A stretch of DNA of 64,000 bases from the human T2T-CHM13v2.0 reference genome, Homo sapiens, in assembly GCF_009914755.1 (NCBI RefSeq), contig NC_060939.1. One strand, written 5' to 3'. The notes beneath the pieces are model-generated. The model made no database searches and was not told the DNA's origin. It saw nothing but the letters and a program-made list of their open reading frames with translations. A program made the position numbers and the translations under genes. Every line of letters starts with the position of its first letter. Positions within the stretch are counted from its first letter, which is position 1. This document shows, piece by piece, positions 12,940 through 28,650 of this stretch.

Positions 12940-13968
12940 TTAAACAAAAATGATTATGGACTACAATAATGTCTTGGTAGATTCTAAACATAGGCCTTAT
13001 TTAAATATATGTCATCTATGACACAACAACATCTATAATGCACATAAAATGTGTACATTAAGTTGAAGTATTCTAAGTTCTTTGAGTGGTCCAAAAGTTG
13101 TTAAAAGTACTATTTTTTATTAAGAATGAATGTAGCTATGTCTAAGTAATCATGAACAAAATAATAAAATAATATATGAGAAATATGCTAACAGAGGGAA
13201 CATGGAATATTAAAAATAATATAAAAGAAGGCAAAAACAGAAAACGGAGAGAAAAACTGAGCAGATAAGTAATAAGACATAAATATACAGCAAAACATAA
13301 CAGTAATACTAATAATAAACGTTCCAAATAAAAGATGTTTGTCAAGCCTTAGGAAAAAATTCTATATGTTGTTTACCAGAAACACACGTTAAATATAAGA
13401 AAACATAAGAAAATAAAAGAAAACTAGTGTAAATAATGTTAGATTTTAAGATCTAAACATAACTATATATAAGGATGTTTCATGATGTTAAGATAATAAA
13501 CCTATTAAAAAGAAATAACAATTAAAAATGTGTATGCATATAATGGTGTGGCCTCTACTTAGGGTGCCTGAAATGACAGCACAAAGAGGAGAAATAAATG
13601 TTAAAGCATCTCTTCTAGTTCTAATAGAACAACAAGACAAAGTCAGTAAAGATATGGAAAATTTGAACATGATTAGCCAAATTGTCCTAATTGATACAGA
13701 TGGAGAACATTGTATGTAATGATTGAATTCTTTTCACATTCTTTTCCAGTGTATGCTAAACTTTTACCAAAATTGCCCATATGGTCGACTAGAAAGAAAA
13801 TCTCAAAAATTATCAAAGCTTTGAAATCATTCAGGGTACATCTCTAACTGTGGTGGAATTAAACTAGAAGTCAGTTTTGTAAAGACTCACCTTAAATAAT
13901 GCCCATTAATTTGTAAATGAAGCGAAACACTTTTCAACTACATGTGGATTTAAACACACACAGCATAA

Positions 13969-14276
<308 letters not shown>

Positions 14277-15360
14277 TAATTTTAAAATCTATTTAACTAA
14301 ATGGCAGTGAACATATGAGATTCCCAAACTTGTGTGAGGAAGCTTACATTACACTGAGAAGAAAAAATTTGGCCTTACCTATAGGTTTTAGAAAAGAAGA
14401 AAGCCTGAAATTTTTTTAAAAAAAATCTTCAAATCCATCACAAGAAGTTAGAAATATAGTAGAATATTGAGCCAAGGACAGTAGAAGGCAGGGAATAATG
14501 AGTAGTAACAAGTGAAATAACAAAACAAACATGAAAGAATTAAACCACCCGGTTGTTGCATATTTGAAAACAGCATCAAAATTAATGAAATCCTGACAAG
14601 ATTGATCAAGAATAAAAGACATGATAACCAATATGAGGAATAAAAATGAGAAATGCATACAGATATGCACCAAAAGGCATGTTTAAGAATGTCATGGAAA
14701 CATTATTCATAAAAGTCCTAGAATGAAAACCATCCAAAAGCCCACCAATAGGAAGGGTAAGTAAATTACGAAATATTCCTACAGCGGAACACTATACAGC
14801 AATGGGAACGCAAAAAGCTTCTGCACATCTTGTTTAGTGGATGAATCTTGTGAATGTAATGCTACACAAAAAAAAGCAGACATGAGAGAATACCTACTGT
14901 ATGACTCCAATAATATCAGTTAAGGGAAAAACTAATCTACTGTTTCAGAAGTTTGGTTTTAGACATTTTCTATGGTTTTAGAAGTTTAGAGTGGGAACAG
15001 TAAGTACTCTTGACACTGGGAATATCTTGATCTGGGTGATGGTTACAAGGGTGATTTTTGTGAAAATTTGCCAATATAATCACTTATGATTTGAGGATTT
15101 TTATGAGTTTAAGTTATGCTTAAAGAAAAGAAAACCCTTTAAGAAAGAAAAATGATCTAGAGAACTATGCTGCTTTTAGTGTGAAATGATAACTTTAATT
15201 GCAAAAACTAAGAAAAAGTGTATAAAATGTATTTGGCAAAATTCCACCTCAATTCACTCACCAAACTGTCATTCCAATTACTTCTAAACAACATTATAAG
15301 TATGATTTTAAAGTCAACTAAAGTATTATTGAAATGACTGTTATAGAAAACAATGCTTTC

Positions 15361-15774
<414 letters not shown>

Positions 15775-15959
15775 TGCAATATGTGATGATGGTTAAAAAA
15801 TTACATAATTCTAATTTTATATATATATATGTATATATGCATGTCCGTATAATACATGCATTGCATATGTTTATATATTTATATGAATGTATTCATATTC
15901 ATGTGATAGATATGTACTGTACATATATCCATGTGTATACATACTCAACTATATATACA

Positions 15960-17150
15960 TATAGCACAGTAACATGCCACATTCTTTTCTGCAACTTGTA
16001 ATTTTCATGAAACAAACTCTTTTAAAATTGTTCATGTCAAATGATTAAGACATCTTTCATTTTTTACTGATTTATTTTTTGTGAGGTGATGGGACTTTAA
16101 GCATCTTCCTCAGTGTCTGGCACAGAACTATCATTGATCTTCTTTAATTATGTGTTTAATCCCATTTATCTCCATTCCACCCTAGTTCTCACACCCCTAC
16201 TCTCTAACCACAAACAATCATTCGTTTTGTTTGGATGTTTATAGCAAATTTGGTATCGCTGTATGCCAACGATGTATTCAACATTTAATTTACATGCATT
16301 CTTAATTTACATAGATAGTATTTGTTATACATCCCATTCAACATCTTACTTTGTCCCCTCCACACTTGTTTTACATGCCTATTTCTGCATGTTTTCTCTT
16401 CTGTTTTTACATGGTACTCCGTGGTGTACCTCACCATTTTTACCTATTCACTATCACAAGAAGAGGCATCCAGATACTGCCTCGAACTTCTCACACCACA
16501 AATAACACTGAGAGAAACACACTTACACATGTCCTTATGTAAATCCCAATGAGAATTTTCTTTAGTAAATATGCCTAAGAGCGAAACCACTGGTTTTTCT
16601 AGTATGCACGTATTTAATTTGTCTAAATACTATCAGATTGCTTTCCAAAATGGCTGTATCAGCTTGTTTTCCCACCAGCAGGTCACCAGGGTCTCCGTAT
16701 CCCCACGTCGCCATTCCTAGTAGGTATCACCCAGCTTTCTACATTTTGACTTTTTAATAAGTAAAAGGTTATGTCATTGTTGCTGTAATCTGAATTTCTC
16801 TAAATTGCACAGTTTTAGATTTCCACTTAGACAAATTGCCTATCCACATTTTAGTCTATTTTTATCTTGGGGTATCTTTTTATGTTGATTTGCAGGAGCT
16901 TCTTATATATTCAATGTAATTTTTGGTCAATTTTCAACATTACAAATATCTTCTCTTATGTTGTCATCTGTTCCTTCACTTTATGCATGTTATTACTAAT
17001 CTGAAATCTTTTAGTGTCATCAAATACAGTTTTTCTTATGGTCTGTGATTTGAATGTTTTGTTTAAAAGTTATTCAATGTCCCTGAGTCACAAAGATTTT
17101 TTTCATTAATTTTCAGTTTACCTTTTATATGTTTACGGAACATTTGTGTA
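15960..17150 (-). mobile_element. L1ME-type relic
   Basis: CAGATTGCTTTCCAAAATGGCTGTATCAG...TCCCACCAGCA; TTGATTTGCAGGAGCTTCTTATATATTC. Confidence 0.7.
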
Positions 17151-18360
17151 ACTTACATGGAATCGATGTGATATAACTGCTAATCGATATTAACAGTTGG
17201 TTCTCCCTTATTCTTCTTAATGGATACATAATGTCACTTCAGAAGAATACACTTAAACTTACTTAGCCAATATGCAACAATGACAGTTCACATGATTTTT
17301 TTGACATTATTATTATATTCAAAAATGTAAGGAACATCTTAGAATTGCCAGAGCAATGTGTATGTATTTTTTGTTCATTGGCTTGTTTGCATCAATATTA
17401 CCAAACTGCCCACCAAAGTACGGTTTTATCTGTGATGTTTAATAAAAGTATATTTTATATTTCATAGGTATAAACTTATACACAATCAAAAATTATCCAT
17501 GATTTGGCATTCTCTTGTGATAATAAAGATTCTCTTGTGATAATAAAAATTCTTAAATTATATTTTCTTCCACCAGCCATGCTGGATAGTCAGATTCTGC
17601 TTTTACTTGAGATCCGTATGTTTTTCTTGACATTTCTTGATATGTCATATTATACTTTATGTAATTTTCCACTTTTATAAAAAAGGGGAAGGTGGGGGTG
17701 GAATGGTGACAAAAGTGTTACCAAAAAAAAAAAATCTCTTAAAAATATAGTAGTTTATAATTAGGTTCCTCCCTATGGCAAGATACACATGAAAATGAAT
17801 ATTTGAACACTATACATTAAAATCAGAAATACTACTTGCAAAATGATTACCCAAACCTAATCATAATCTCAATTAATTTTTTAAGTGTTTGCACCAAAGG
17901 GCTCTTGCCTTATCAAATGGAATGATGATCATTATTACCAAATATTTTGAAGGTACTTGACTATAATTTTGGCCCCAAACAAAATATTTGCTGAAACCGA
18001 AAGGATTTAGCAGTTAGTTCTATTCTGAAAGACAGGTTTTAAATTATTTTGTGGAAAAAAAATATGCTTGACACATAAATATATCACTAACTCATTTTTA
18101 AGCAAAATTAAACATTTTATTTCATGGCGGGAAAAAATCTCCTGTGTGAATGAAAAATTTAGTGACTGGGCTAAAATGAGACAGCAATGATATATTTTTA
18201 TTTTAGCAGCACGTTGGCTAGGATGTGAGGAGACAGACACTGTCATTCATTGTTGGTGGGGCTGGAAAACAATACAAACTCTCTGAAATACAACTGGGCA
18301 ACAGTATCTAATACATTAAATATAGGATGTCGGTTTAAAAAACTCTGGGGTATTTATATA

Positions 18361-18693
<333 letters not shown>

Positions 18694-18899
18694 CTAGGGG
18701 GTAGTTATATAAATAAATGTTCTGTTCTGTGGTATCATCAGAAAGAATATTTACACATGTGGGAAAAAAATCACTAAAATTTGTTAGTGAAAAAAATGAG
18801 TCTTTATAAAAAATGAGCACTTTCCACATTTTGCTATTTCTTGTGCTCTCCAGTGATTAGAAAGTTACACATCCTGCAGATTCCCCTATTAATATCAAT

Positions 18900-19650
18900 C
18901 ATAAAACAATATTTATAACCCAAAGTATGTTCACTCGATCATCTTGCTTTTATTTTCCTCCTTCCTTTGTACTTCTCAGTAATTTCAGATTTGCAGTGTA
19001 GATGATTATTGATAAATTATTTTTACTTTAGTAATCTCCCCTTGGAATGATTATTTTTAGCATGATCATTGTATCCTTTAACTATATTTTGCCTGTAAGT
19101 ATGAAACAAACTCTAAGGTTTATGAGTTTCATTTGTTTCTACTTTTCCATCATATTCTCTCAGTTCTTATGACTGTTATTTTTATTCAATTATTTGGTTG
19201 GAATATGTCCTTAAGTACTTTTTTTGACCAAAGTTTCAGAATGATTTATTTTCTGAGACCTGTGTGTCCGAGAACATTGTTTAACCCTCATGCATGAATG
19301 AGTCATGGCTTCCCTTTGTTTAGAAGTCTTGGATCACAATTTTTCATCCCCAAAAGAGAAGGATTTATGAAGAGAAAACATTTATGCCAAATTTACCTCT
19401 TCCCCCTTTCTCTGTTACCTTCTTTTTCCATGCTAATATTACTAACATTTTTCATTTTTAAATTCTGAATTTTCATTCGAATTACATTAGATTTAATTAT
19501 CTTTCCTCTGATATCATTTTACCCAGGCACTCAGTAAATTTTTTAATCTGAAGACTCACATTTTTCTTAATATCAGGAAAATTTTCCTCTATTATTTCCC
19601 ATTATTGTTTCTCCATCTGCTCTATCATTTTCCTCTCCATTTTCAGCATG
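18900..19650 (-). mobile_element. Ancient L1 (ORF1-region or HAL1-like) relic
   Basis: T-rich; AATCTGAAGACTCACATTTTTC...CAGGAAAATTTTCCTCTATTATTTC. Confidence 0.5.
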
Positions 19651-20443
19651 TACTCACATACTGAGATGAACTATTTGTAAAACGATTTGGTCTATTTCTT
19701 CTTCAGCTGGGAGGAAGTAGTATGTGGAGGTAGAAGTGATGTTTGTAGTCAACCATCTCTTAGGGGTGGGATTAAACGTAATTTTGGAATTAAAAAAATT
19801 TTAACTGCACGTTTCTGAAGATGTCAACAAACAACTTTTGTAATAACAAAAAGTTATTTTCATAAATGAAGAAAGCCCTAGAACAGGAAGGTGTGTAAAA
19901 TCTACAAGAGTCGCTTTTCATTTCAATGATTAGTGACCAACCCCAGCCACGCTATTGTGAGTACTTGCATTTCACAGTCTGAGTGAGACATAAGAGCCTA
20001 TAAATGTTTTAATAATGACAATAATTATGGTTATAATAGCAGAAAACAAACCTGTGAGTAAAGCTAGAGAAAAATCGAGATTACATTGCCTGAAGAGATA
20101 CTATTAAGGTGAGCTGAAAAGGAAATTTTTCAGTGTAAGAGGGGCCTTTCATAGTGAGATCATATATTCCCTGCATGTGACATCAACCCCTAAAAGAAAA
20201 TTCAAGATACCATAGCTTTTCCTTGACAATAGGTATTAGATTCCAGAAACCTCCCACAGTGGAAAATTTGGCAATTAAGGAATCTATGATTGATGTGAAA
20301 ATAAAACTGGAATAAATCTCTGAAAACCCTCAAAAATGTACTTAACTACAATAAAATAATAGCATGGTAAATGAAGATATGGTTGAGATATCCAAACCTT
20401 AAATTAATAGTAATTAATGTTAGGCTTTTAATTTCCATTTATT

Positions 20444-20750
20444 TATTTATATTTTATTTTATTTATTTATTATTTCATTTTACTTTAAGTTCTGGGATAC
20501 CTGTTCTGAATGTGCAGGTTTATTACATAGGTATACATGTGTCTTGGTGGTTTGTTGTGCCTATCAACCCATCATCTAGGTTTTAAGCCCCGCATGCACT
20601 AGGTATTTGTCCTAATGCTCTCCCTCCCCTCTCCCCACCGCCTCTGACAGGCACTGGTGTGTGATGTTCCCCTCCCTGTGTCCATGTGTTTTCATTGTTC
20701 AACTCCCACTTATGAGTGAGAATATGCAGTGTTTGGTTTTCTGTTCCTGG
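20444..20750 (-). mobile_element. 5'-truncated L1PA (L1PA8-like) 3' end
   Basis: CATCTAGGTTTTAAGCCCCGCATGCA; CCCACTTATGAGTGAGAA; 12-bp TSD TTTCCATTTATT at 20432 and 20751. Confidence 0.92.
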
Positions 20751-21099
20751 TTTCCATTTATTCTTTCTAACACGTAGAAGTATTTTAGAATTTACCCTTA
20801 ATTCTCAAAACATTTGTAAGGTAGTTCAATTTTATTGCAATAGACATATTACAGTGATTGATTTTTTTCCGGTGTGAGTGTTCTTGCTATTTCTTGGTCT
20901 CCTTCAAATAGTGATGTCTTTTGGGTTCTATTATCTGAGATTTTGTGACTGATCTTCCCAGCCCCCACCACCTTAGGTCCTGCATCCATCAGCATTTCTT
21001 GAGTCAATTTCACCTTTTCCCTTCTTATAGATTATTCCGGAGTGTGGCTGTAAGGGATATCTTCACTTTTCTTCTTGCCTCTTTGTGATCTTCCAGTCT

Positions 21100-22790
21100 T
21101 TTTCTATAACAGACCCTGCCTAGCTAGGCCAGGCCATTCAGCCCCTGCCCAGCCAGTCCAGTGTTATTTGTAGTCACTGCCCATGAATATTTACATAGTC
21201 TTTGCTCAGGCCATTCTCCCTGCTACATAAAGTGCATGATCAAGTGCATCACGTAAAGCCGTCTCATTGGGAAGGTCTTATGTCACCACTATCTTTCAAG
21301 GCTACCCTTGACTATGGCTACAATGCAGCCAGCTGTCCATTTTAGCTTGGACTGCTATACTGAGATAATCTACCTGTTGATCAACTTTGGTAATTTATTT
21401 TCCTTCCCTCAGTTTGTTTTATGGGACCCCCATAGGGCCATCAGTGTGAATTGAGCGAGGGACACAAGGCTATCATGCCGCGTACTCATGCCCTCTGGTT
21501 CTGCTTGGGCTCAATCTCAGCTGTTCCATTTCCATTTTGTGATAGATTATTATGATGCTTGTCTGGCTTGATGAACTGATGACTCTGGCAGAATCCAGCT
21601 CATAATAGAAGGCCTGGATGCATGGTCACTTATTCTCAAACACTCCTTCCCTCCCAGGGTACAGTGGGATGATGATGCACAGTTCTTCATTGCAAATGGC
21701 TTCTCTTTGTTGCAGAACCCCAGGGCTCTGCACTGAGAATCCCCCACTGTCATGACCTCATCTCTGCATCACTTTCCACCGCCGACACATGGTGCACATG
21801 GCAGGGATGCCTGAACGCAGCCTGCACCTGGGGCAGACCCTCTTCCTGCTCCAGGTCCCACTCAGAATGGACAGACTGTAGATCACAGAAATAATCCTAG
21901 TTGTGTGGAATTTGTTATTTTGATTACATGTATTAGGCAGTACCATTATTCACTGCCTACCTATTTCATCCCTTAGAAAACTGTTCCTATTTCATTGTAT
22001 AAATGATCTCCACAATTCTCCGTGGGTCTGTCCATCTTCCTCGTCACTGTGATCTTCTCAATCATTACAAATTGCTCCTGGATGCTGGTGGTTACGTGTT
22101 ACTGCCTGATGTCTATTGCTTTGAGACACCATCATCCCCACTGCAGAACAGAACTTTCACAAAAGTTAAAGATGCAGGTGCCTGTCTCATCAGCACATGT
22201 GCAGCAGCCCTGGGAATGCTGAGTCGTCTGGGCCTTGCTGAGGAACATAATCTTCTGGTGGGTCCCCTGGCCTCAAATCTTACACCCTCTCCAGCATAGC
22301 CTCTGTGCTGAGCCTTTTAGTCCTTTCTTCTACCATCTGCCATAGCCATTGAACTTTGGATCTTCACCCAGCATGGGGGCCAGCTTGTTTTCCAGACTTC
22401 TAGGAGCCATTCTCTCAAGAAGTTTTTGTTCTTCCCTGGTGTTAAATCCCATATATTGAGAGCATCCCCATCTTATGTCTGGACACCTTAATCAGGCACC
22501 CTCAAAATCCAGTCCATGGGAACTGCCATGGTTTCCTCCAGCACAAATGGTTTTCTTACAGGCTCCTTGGCATATCATCTTCAACAGGCTTAGCACATCT
22601 CAAGTAAGCTGTGACTTAACTTTAGTTTTGGCTTCGTAGCCAGGAGAAAAGGTGGGGCACCTCCAGAGGTGGGCTCTGTGATTGTTGCAAGATTGAGAAC
22701 TCTGCAGTGCCTCCCCATGCAGTGGGAAAGCTGGCTCTCCGTAGAAAGGAGGGATCCACCTCTTGAGGCTTTGAGGAATTGGAGGGAGCC
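21100..22790 (-). mobile_element. ERVL-class internal relic (decayed gag and pol RT-connection/RNase H)
   Basis: ORF 21550-21753 peptide (VGDSQCRALGF..RPSIMSWILPE..) resembles ERV-L pol (PVGESQ.RPLGFW..PIMNWVLSD); KWKW, FTDG and SWAV remnants lie downstream. Confidence 0.75.
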
Positions 22791-23423
22791 CAGAATCTGC
22801 AGGGTGCATGAGGGAGGCTCACTGGAGGGGGGCTAATGCCTGTGAAAGACAAAAGGAAAAAAAAGAGCAAGCGATTCTCCTGCCTCAGCCTCCTGAGTAA
22901 CTGGGATTACAGGCACGCACCACCATGCCCGGCTAATTTTTGTATTTTTAGTAGAGACTGGGTTTCACCATGTTGGCCAGGCTAGTCTCAAACTCCTGAC
23001 CTCAGGTGATTTACCTGCCTTGGACTCCCAAAGTGCTGGGATTGCAGGTGCCACTGCACTCCAGCCTGGGGGACAGAGTGAGTCTCCACCTCAAAAAAAA
23101 AGGGAAAAGCAGAATTTGGCAAGGAGACCCTCCTACTGCAATGTAGATCTGACAAGCTATAGCCAAGCCAACAGGGAGCTCCAGTGCAAAAAGTGCCCAT
23201 TAGAGGGCCCAGCCTTGGGCAGAAAACACCAGGCCCTAGTGCCTCTGCCACGCTCAGGCACTGCATAGTCCTGTGTGAAAGGAGCATGAACTCAGCTCAA
23301 AAGCTGCAGTTGATCCTGAAGGTGCCGTATTACAAGCTGTCAGCTAACTGCCCTCCTTGAAGTGAAATGACAACTCCTTTTTTGGAGGAAGATCGCAGAG
23401 ACCACAGTCCATGACTACCATAC
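22790..23423 (-). mobile_element. ERVL LTR (LTR33/LTR16-like) interrupted by a rearranged Alu
   Basis: GGGAGCTCCAG..GCCCATTAGAGG..TTGGGCAGAAA..CCAGGCCCTAGT..GCTGTCAGCTAACTGC; adjoins the ERVL internal sequence. Confidence 0.7.
22868..23101. mobile_element. AluS with 5' inversion (22868-23050 antisense, 23048-23101 sense with A tail)
   Basis: Antisense Alu nt ~205 to ~18 joined directly to sense Alu nt ~238 to end. Confidence 0.9.
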
Positions 23424-23680
23424 AAGCAAGATTCTCTCATGATGAGAAACCTACAAGAATTAGGAGTTAGTAAGGAAATAGCAAATTTGTGAGTTACGTC
23501 ATGTGTTTAATCCAGTACATATGATTTTGAGAGTAAGACTGAGCAAAATCACCCAATGCATTGTTCTTTCTTTCTCTTAGGAATTTATCACTTAATTCTT
23601 CACCAATTAAATACACACTCACATAATTTAATCACAGCATAAACATAAAAAACAAAATTTTCTTCAATATTATTCATTCA

Positions 23681-24888
<1,208 letters not shown>

Positions 24889-25018
24889 AACCCATAAAAA
24901 ATTACACCTAACTAGGACCTTAGTGATTCTCAAGTAAACTCTCATATTTTATAAATGAGAAAAATGAAATTCAGCTCAATTAGCTGACTGTAAGTGGAAA
25001 ACACAGTTCTTTGGGTTT

Positions 25019-25208
25019 AGAGTTTCTATATTTAGCAAATAAAAATATAGGATTCCCAGTTAAATTTTAGTTCCAGATAAGCAACAGATAATTTTTTAGC
25101 ATAAGTATATCCATGCAATATATGGGATAAACTTATACTAAAAAGGTATTCGTTGATTATGTGAAGTTCAAATGTAACCGGGTGTCCTGTAGGTTACCTG
25201 TTAGTCTT
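25019..25208. mobile_element. MER53 palindromic hAT MITE
   Basis: ATTTAGCAAATAAAAATATAGGA..CCCAGTTAAATT..TTTTTAGCATAAGT / ACTTATACTAAAAA..TAACCGGGTGTCCTGTA self-complementary arms. Confidence 0.85.
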
Positions 25209-25470
25209 ATCCACGCTTCAAAATCACCGTGTCTCCTCACCACTTATAGTTCCTACTCCAGGGTTCTCTGAGTGTGCTGCAAATTTCTGTTGTGACTAAA
25301 ACCGAAAGACTGGAGCCGGACTACAGAGGAAAGATCACTAAAGAAGCAGCAGTGGGAAAAATCTATGCGTGGCCTTTGTAAAAAAATAAAAATAAATTAC
25401 AAAAACTATGTTATTCAAGATACACGCTGATCAAATACTCAATGCAGTGTGCCTCGCTAGGGTGCTGAGC

Positions 25471-25985
25471 CAATGCTTCTCACACTGGGAGTCATGACTC
25501 ATTAGTGGGCTGAGAAACCAAATTAGTAGGTTGTGAGAAGCAATTTTTTTTTTAATAAAATGGAAGAGTATGCCAAGCACAATGGCTCGTGCCTATAATC
25601 CTAGCAGTTTGGGAGGCCGAGGCAGGCAGATTGCCTGATCTCAGGAGTTCAAGACCAGCCTGGACAACACAGTGAAACTCCATCTCTACCAGAATACAAA
25701 AAATTAGCCAGGCTTGGTGGTGTACGCCTGTAGTCCCAGCTACTTCAGGAGGCTGAGGCAGGAGAATTGCTTGAACCTGGGAGGCAGAGTTTCTGGTGAG
25801 GCAAGATCGCGCCATTGCACTACAGCCTGGGCAACAGAGTGAGACTCCGTCTCCAAAAAATAAATAAAATAAAATAGAAGAGTATAGAACAGCAAATGTC
25901 ATCATGTAATCACATATAGTAAGAAGGACTATTTTGTGAAATTTTTGTTTCCATTATATGTGTCTATGTGTACTAGATCAGTACC
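25471..25985. mobile_element. hAT-Charlie-like DNA element split by an Alu
   Basis: CAATGCTTCTCACACTGGGAGTCATGACTCATTAGTGGG terminus; continues after the Alu. Confidence 0.55.
25572..25867 (+). mobile_element. AluS SINE
   Basis: Dimer; TSD AATAAAATGGAAGAGTAT / AATAAAATAGAAGAGTAT. Confidence 0.93.
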
Positions 25986-26215
25986 ATGCTAGGCCCGCTG
26001 AGTGCTGAGAACAGAAAATTCATCTGAAATCAGCCACATGAACTGACAATTGTTTTCTGGCTTGGGGAACTCATTTTCCACAAAATCTCAAAGCCTAGGG
26101 TCATACTAACCGATAAAACAACTGGCTATAAGACACTGCCTATCCCCATCGGAGAAAAAGAAAGGGCTCTAGAGCCACAGAGGAGGCCTCTAAGAAGGTA
26201 TAAACATGAGATGGT

Positions 26216-26520
26216 GGCCGGGCATGGTGGCGCACACCTATAATCCCAGCATTTTGGGAAGTCTAGGCGGGTGGATCACTTGAGGTCAGGAATTCGAGAC
26301 CAGCCTGGCCAACACGGAGAAACCCCGTCTCTACAAAAAATACAAATAGTAGCTGATCATGGTGGTGAATGCCTGTAGTTCCAGCTATTTGGGAGGCTGA
26401 GGCAAAGAATCGCTTGCACCCAGGAGGGAGAGGTTGCAGTGGGCCAAGAATGCACCACTGCACTCCAGCCTGGGCAACAGAGCAAGATTCTGTCTCAGAT
26501 TAAAAAAAAAAAGAGAGAGA
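26216..26520 (+). mobile_element. AluS (Sz-like) SINE
   Basis: Dimer with A/(GA) tail; TSD GAGATGG. Confidence 0.92.
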
Positions 26521-26957
26521 GAGATGGCAATGCATCTCCAAACTGGATGTTAAGATCCATTGGACAATTAAGGTCAGGGAAAGTCAGGGTGGAGCTTGGT
26601 GACTACCGTAATCAAATCACATGTGAACTAACCTTCCACATGAACAACCACCATTTATTTTAGTGTGAACACATCAATTCCTTTGGGCTCTAATTCTTAA
26701 ACACATAGTCTTTGAAAAAATTCCCTTGGAATTCTATGCTCCTAAACAGTTCAGCAGCACAAGCTTTCATCTTACATTTTATTTTTTTTCCATGAGACAG
26801 CAAAACATGAAATCTTGCTAATGATCTTTTAAAAGAATATGCTGATTATAAATACTGGTTTTGTCTTCCTCACTGGAGTAACATTGTAAAGAAGAACAAG
26901 ATAATTATAAAATGGAAAAGATTCAAAACATGGAAAAAGGTTCCAGTCATGACTTAC

Positions 26958-27060
26958 TTGTCCAGGAAGCACACTTTCTCAGACACTCAGTCTTCATAGT
27001 ACCTTTGACCAGAGAGACAGACAAGTCTTAGAGCTCACAGCTACCAGCCAAGATAAGAAA
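26958..27060 (-). other. Candidate first or alternative exon (upstream limit unknown)
   Basis: Donor CAA|GTAAGTC at 26958; ATG at 26997 gives MKTECLRKCASWT (phase 1); GATA motif AGATAAG at 27051. Confidence 0.3.
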
Positions 27061-27149
27061 GGAGTCAATACTCATTTCCCTATGATCTTTTTCCTTTCAC
27101 AGAAAAATATGATATGTTGAGGAATTTTTTAGTTATAAAATGTGATCAA

Positions 27150-27447
27150 GGCCAGGCACTGTGGCTCGCGCTTGTAATACTCACATTTTGGAATTCCAGG
27201 ACAGGAGGATCACTTGAGATCAGAAGTTCAACACCAGCCTGAGCAACACAGCAAGACTTCCGTGTCTACAATTTTTTTTTTAATTATCCAGGCATAGTGT
27301 TGGTGTGCACCTGTAGTCCCAGCTACTCAGGAGGCTAAAGTGGGAGGATCGCTTGAGTTCAGGAATTCAAGGTGGCAGTGAGCTATGATCCCACCACTGC
27401 ACTCCAGCCTGGGTGACAGAGCGAGATCTTGACTCTAAGAATAAAAA
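27150..27447 (+). mobile_element. AluJ SINE
   Basis: GGAGGATCGCTTGAG...GCAGTGAGCTATGATC J-type diagnostics. Confidence 0.9.
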
Positions 27448-28459
27448 TTTTTAACGATCAGACGAGAAGTCACATTTTTTTCTTTCCAAATCTACCACAT
27501 CTGATGTGGTGAAAACATAACAAAATAGTGCGAAATTGCATCTGGACACAGTGCTTTTCATTTGTTGTTTTTCTTGTTGATGTTTGTTTTCACCTTAAAA
27601 AAAATCCCAACATTGAAGCTACATCAAAGAAAAACACCTGCATTCTAGGTATCTGTCCAAACCTATTCGAAAAATAAATTTTAAAAAATTCTCTAAATTA
27701 CACATTATTAATTACATTGAATCATGCATACCTTTTAATTTAAAGCACTGACCATTTGAAATATCACAAAGGAGTGAAATCACTGATATGAAAGGAAAGT
27801 GAAAAAGTGCAACTGTTCTTTATATTTTTGGACATTATATAAACAGAAAAGGATCAAAAGGGGTCCTTGTGAAGATGTGATGGTCTAACCCTATGGCCAT
27901 AATGTCTCTGGGATACATCTTAACCTTTTAGAATTGTTCTCCTTTTTAGGGAGCAAAGGCAGTGTTGACAAGTTAAAGCAGAAAACGGAATAGCTCCAGT
28001 CTCCAATTTTTCAGTGCACCTTTAGAGCTGAGCATTTTTTACAGAGGGTAACTTCACATTTGCCCAAGAAATAATATCCTAGAATATGAATAAGAAATAA
28101 ATATCCTCAGATTAATGCTATATAAATACATTTGCTATAGGTTTCATTAAATATTCATGATACACGCATGTACAGGTCAAATTACCTTTAAATATTAAAT
28201 TTCTTTCCAGTGGTGGGGAATTTCAGAATTATGCCTTGTTCATAAGGAGCAGAGATGGAACCTGTGCATTACTGTCTGCTGGTAAATTCAGCTTCTGGTT
28301 TAACTGGGCCCCTAAGGTTAGAGGGACTTCACTCACAAAACTGTGAAATTGCCCCAAGTGTCTTGTCTCTGTCTTACAAATCTCAACTGGAACTTAAAGA
28401 TGTACTAAAACCCTAAGTATTTTACACATATTTTAAAGAAGAAATGGACTGTTTGGTGC

Positions 28460-28650
28460 CTTGTGCATAATATGCCGCAGGCACATTACACAAATCTCAT
28501 TTAATACAGCCAGACCACTGGAACAGGAAGTATTATCCTTCCACAATATGCAAGTGATAAAAGAAAGGTTCAGAGAGACATCCTAAGTTGCGTGAGATCA
28601 CAAGAAATAGCAGCATCTGGATGGAAACCTGGTTCCACAGGGCCCAGAAG
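28460..28650 (-). mobile_element. MIR
   Basis: ATCTCATTTAAT...TATTATCC...AGGTTCAGAGAG...GAGATCACA. Confidence 0.65.
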
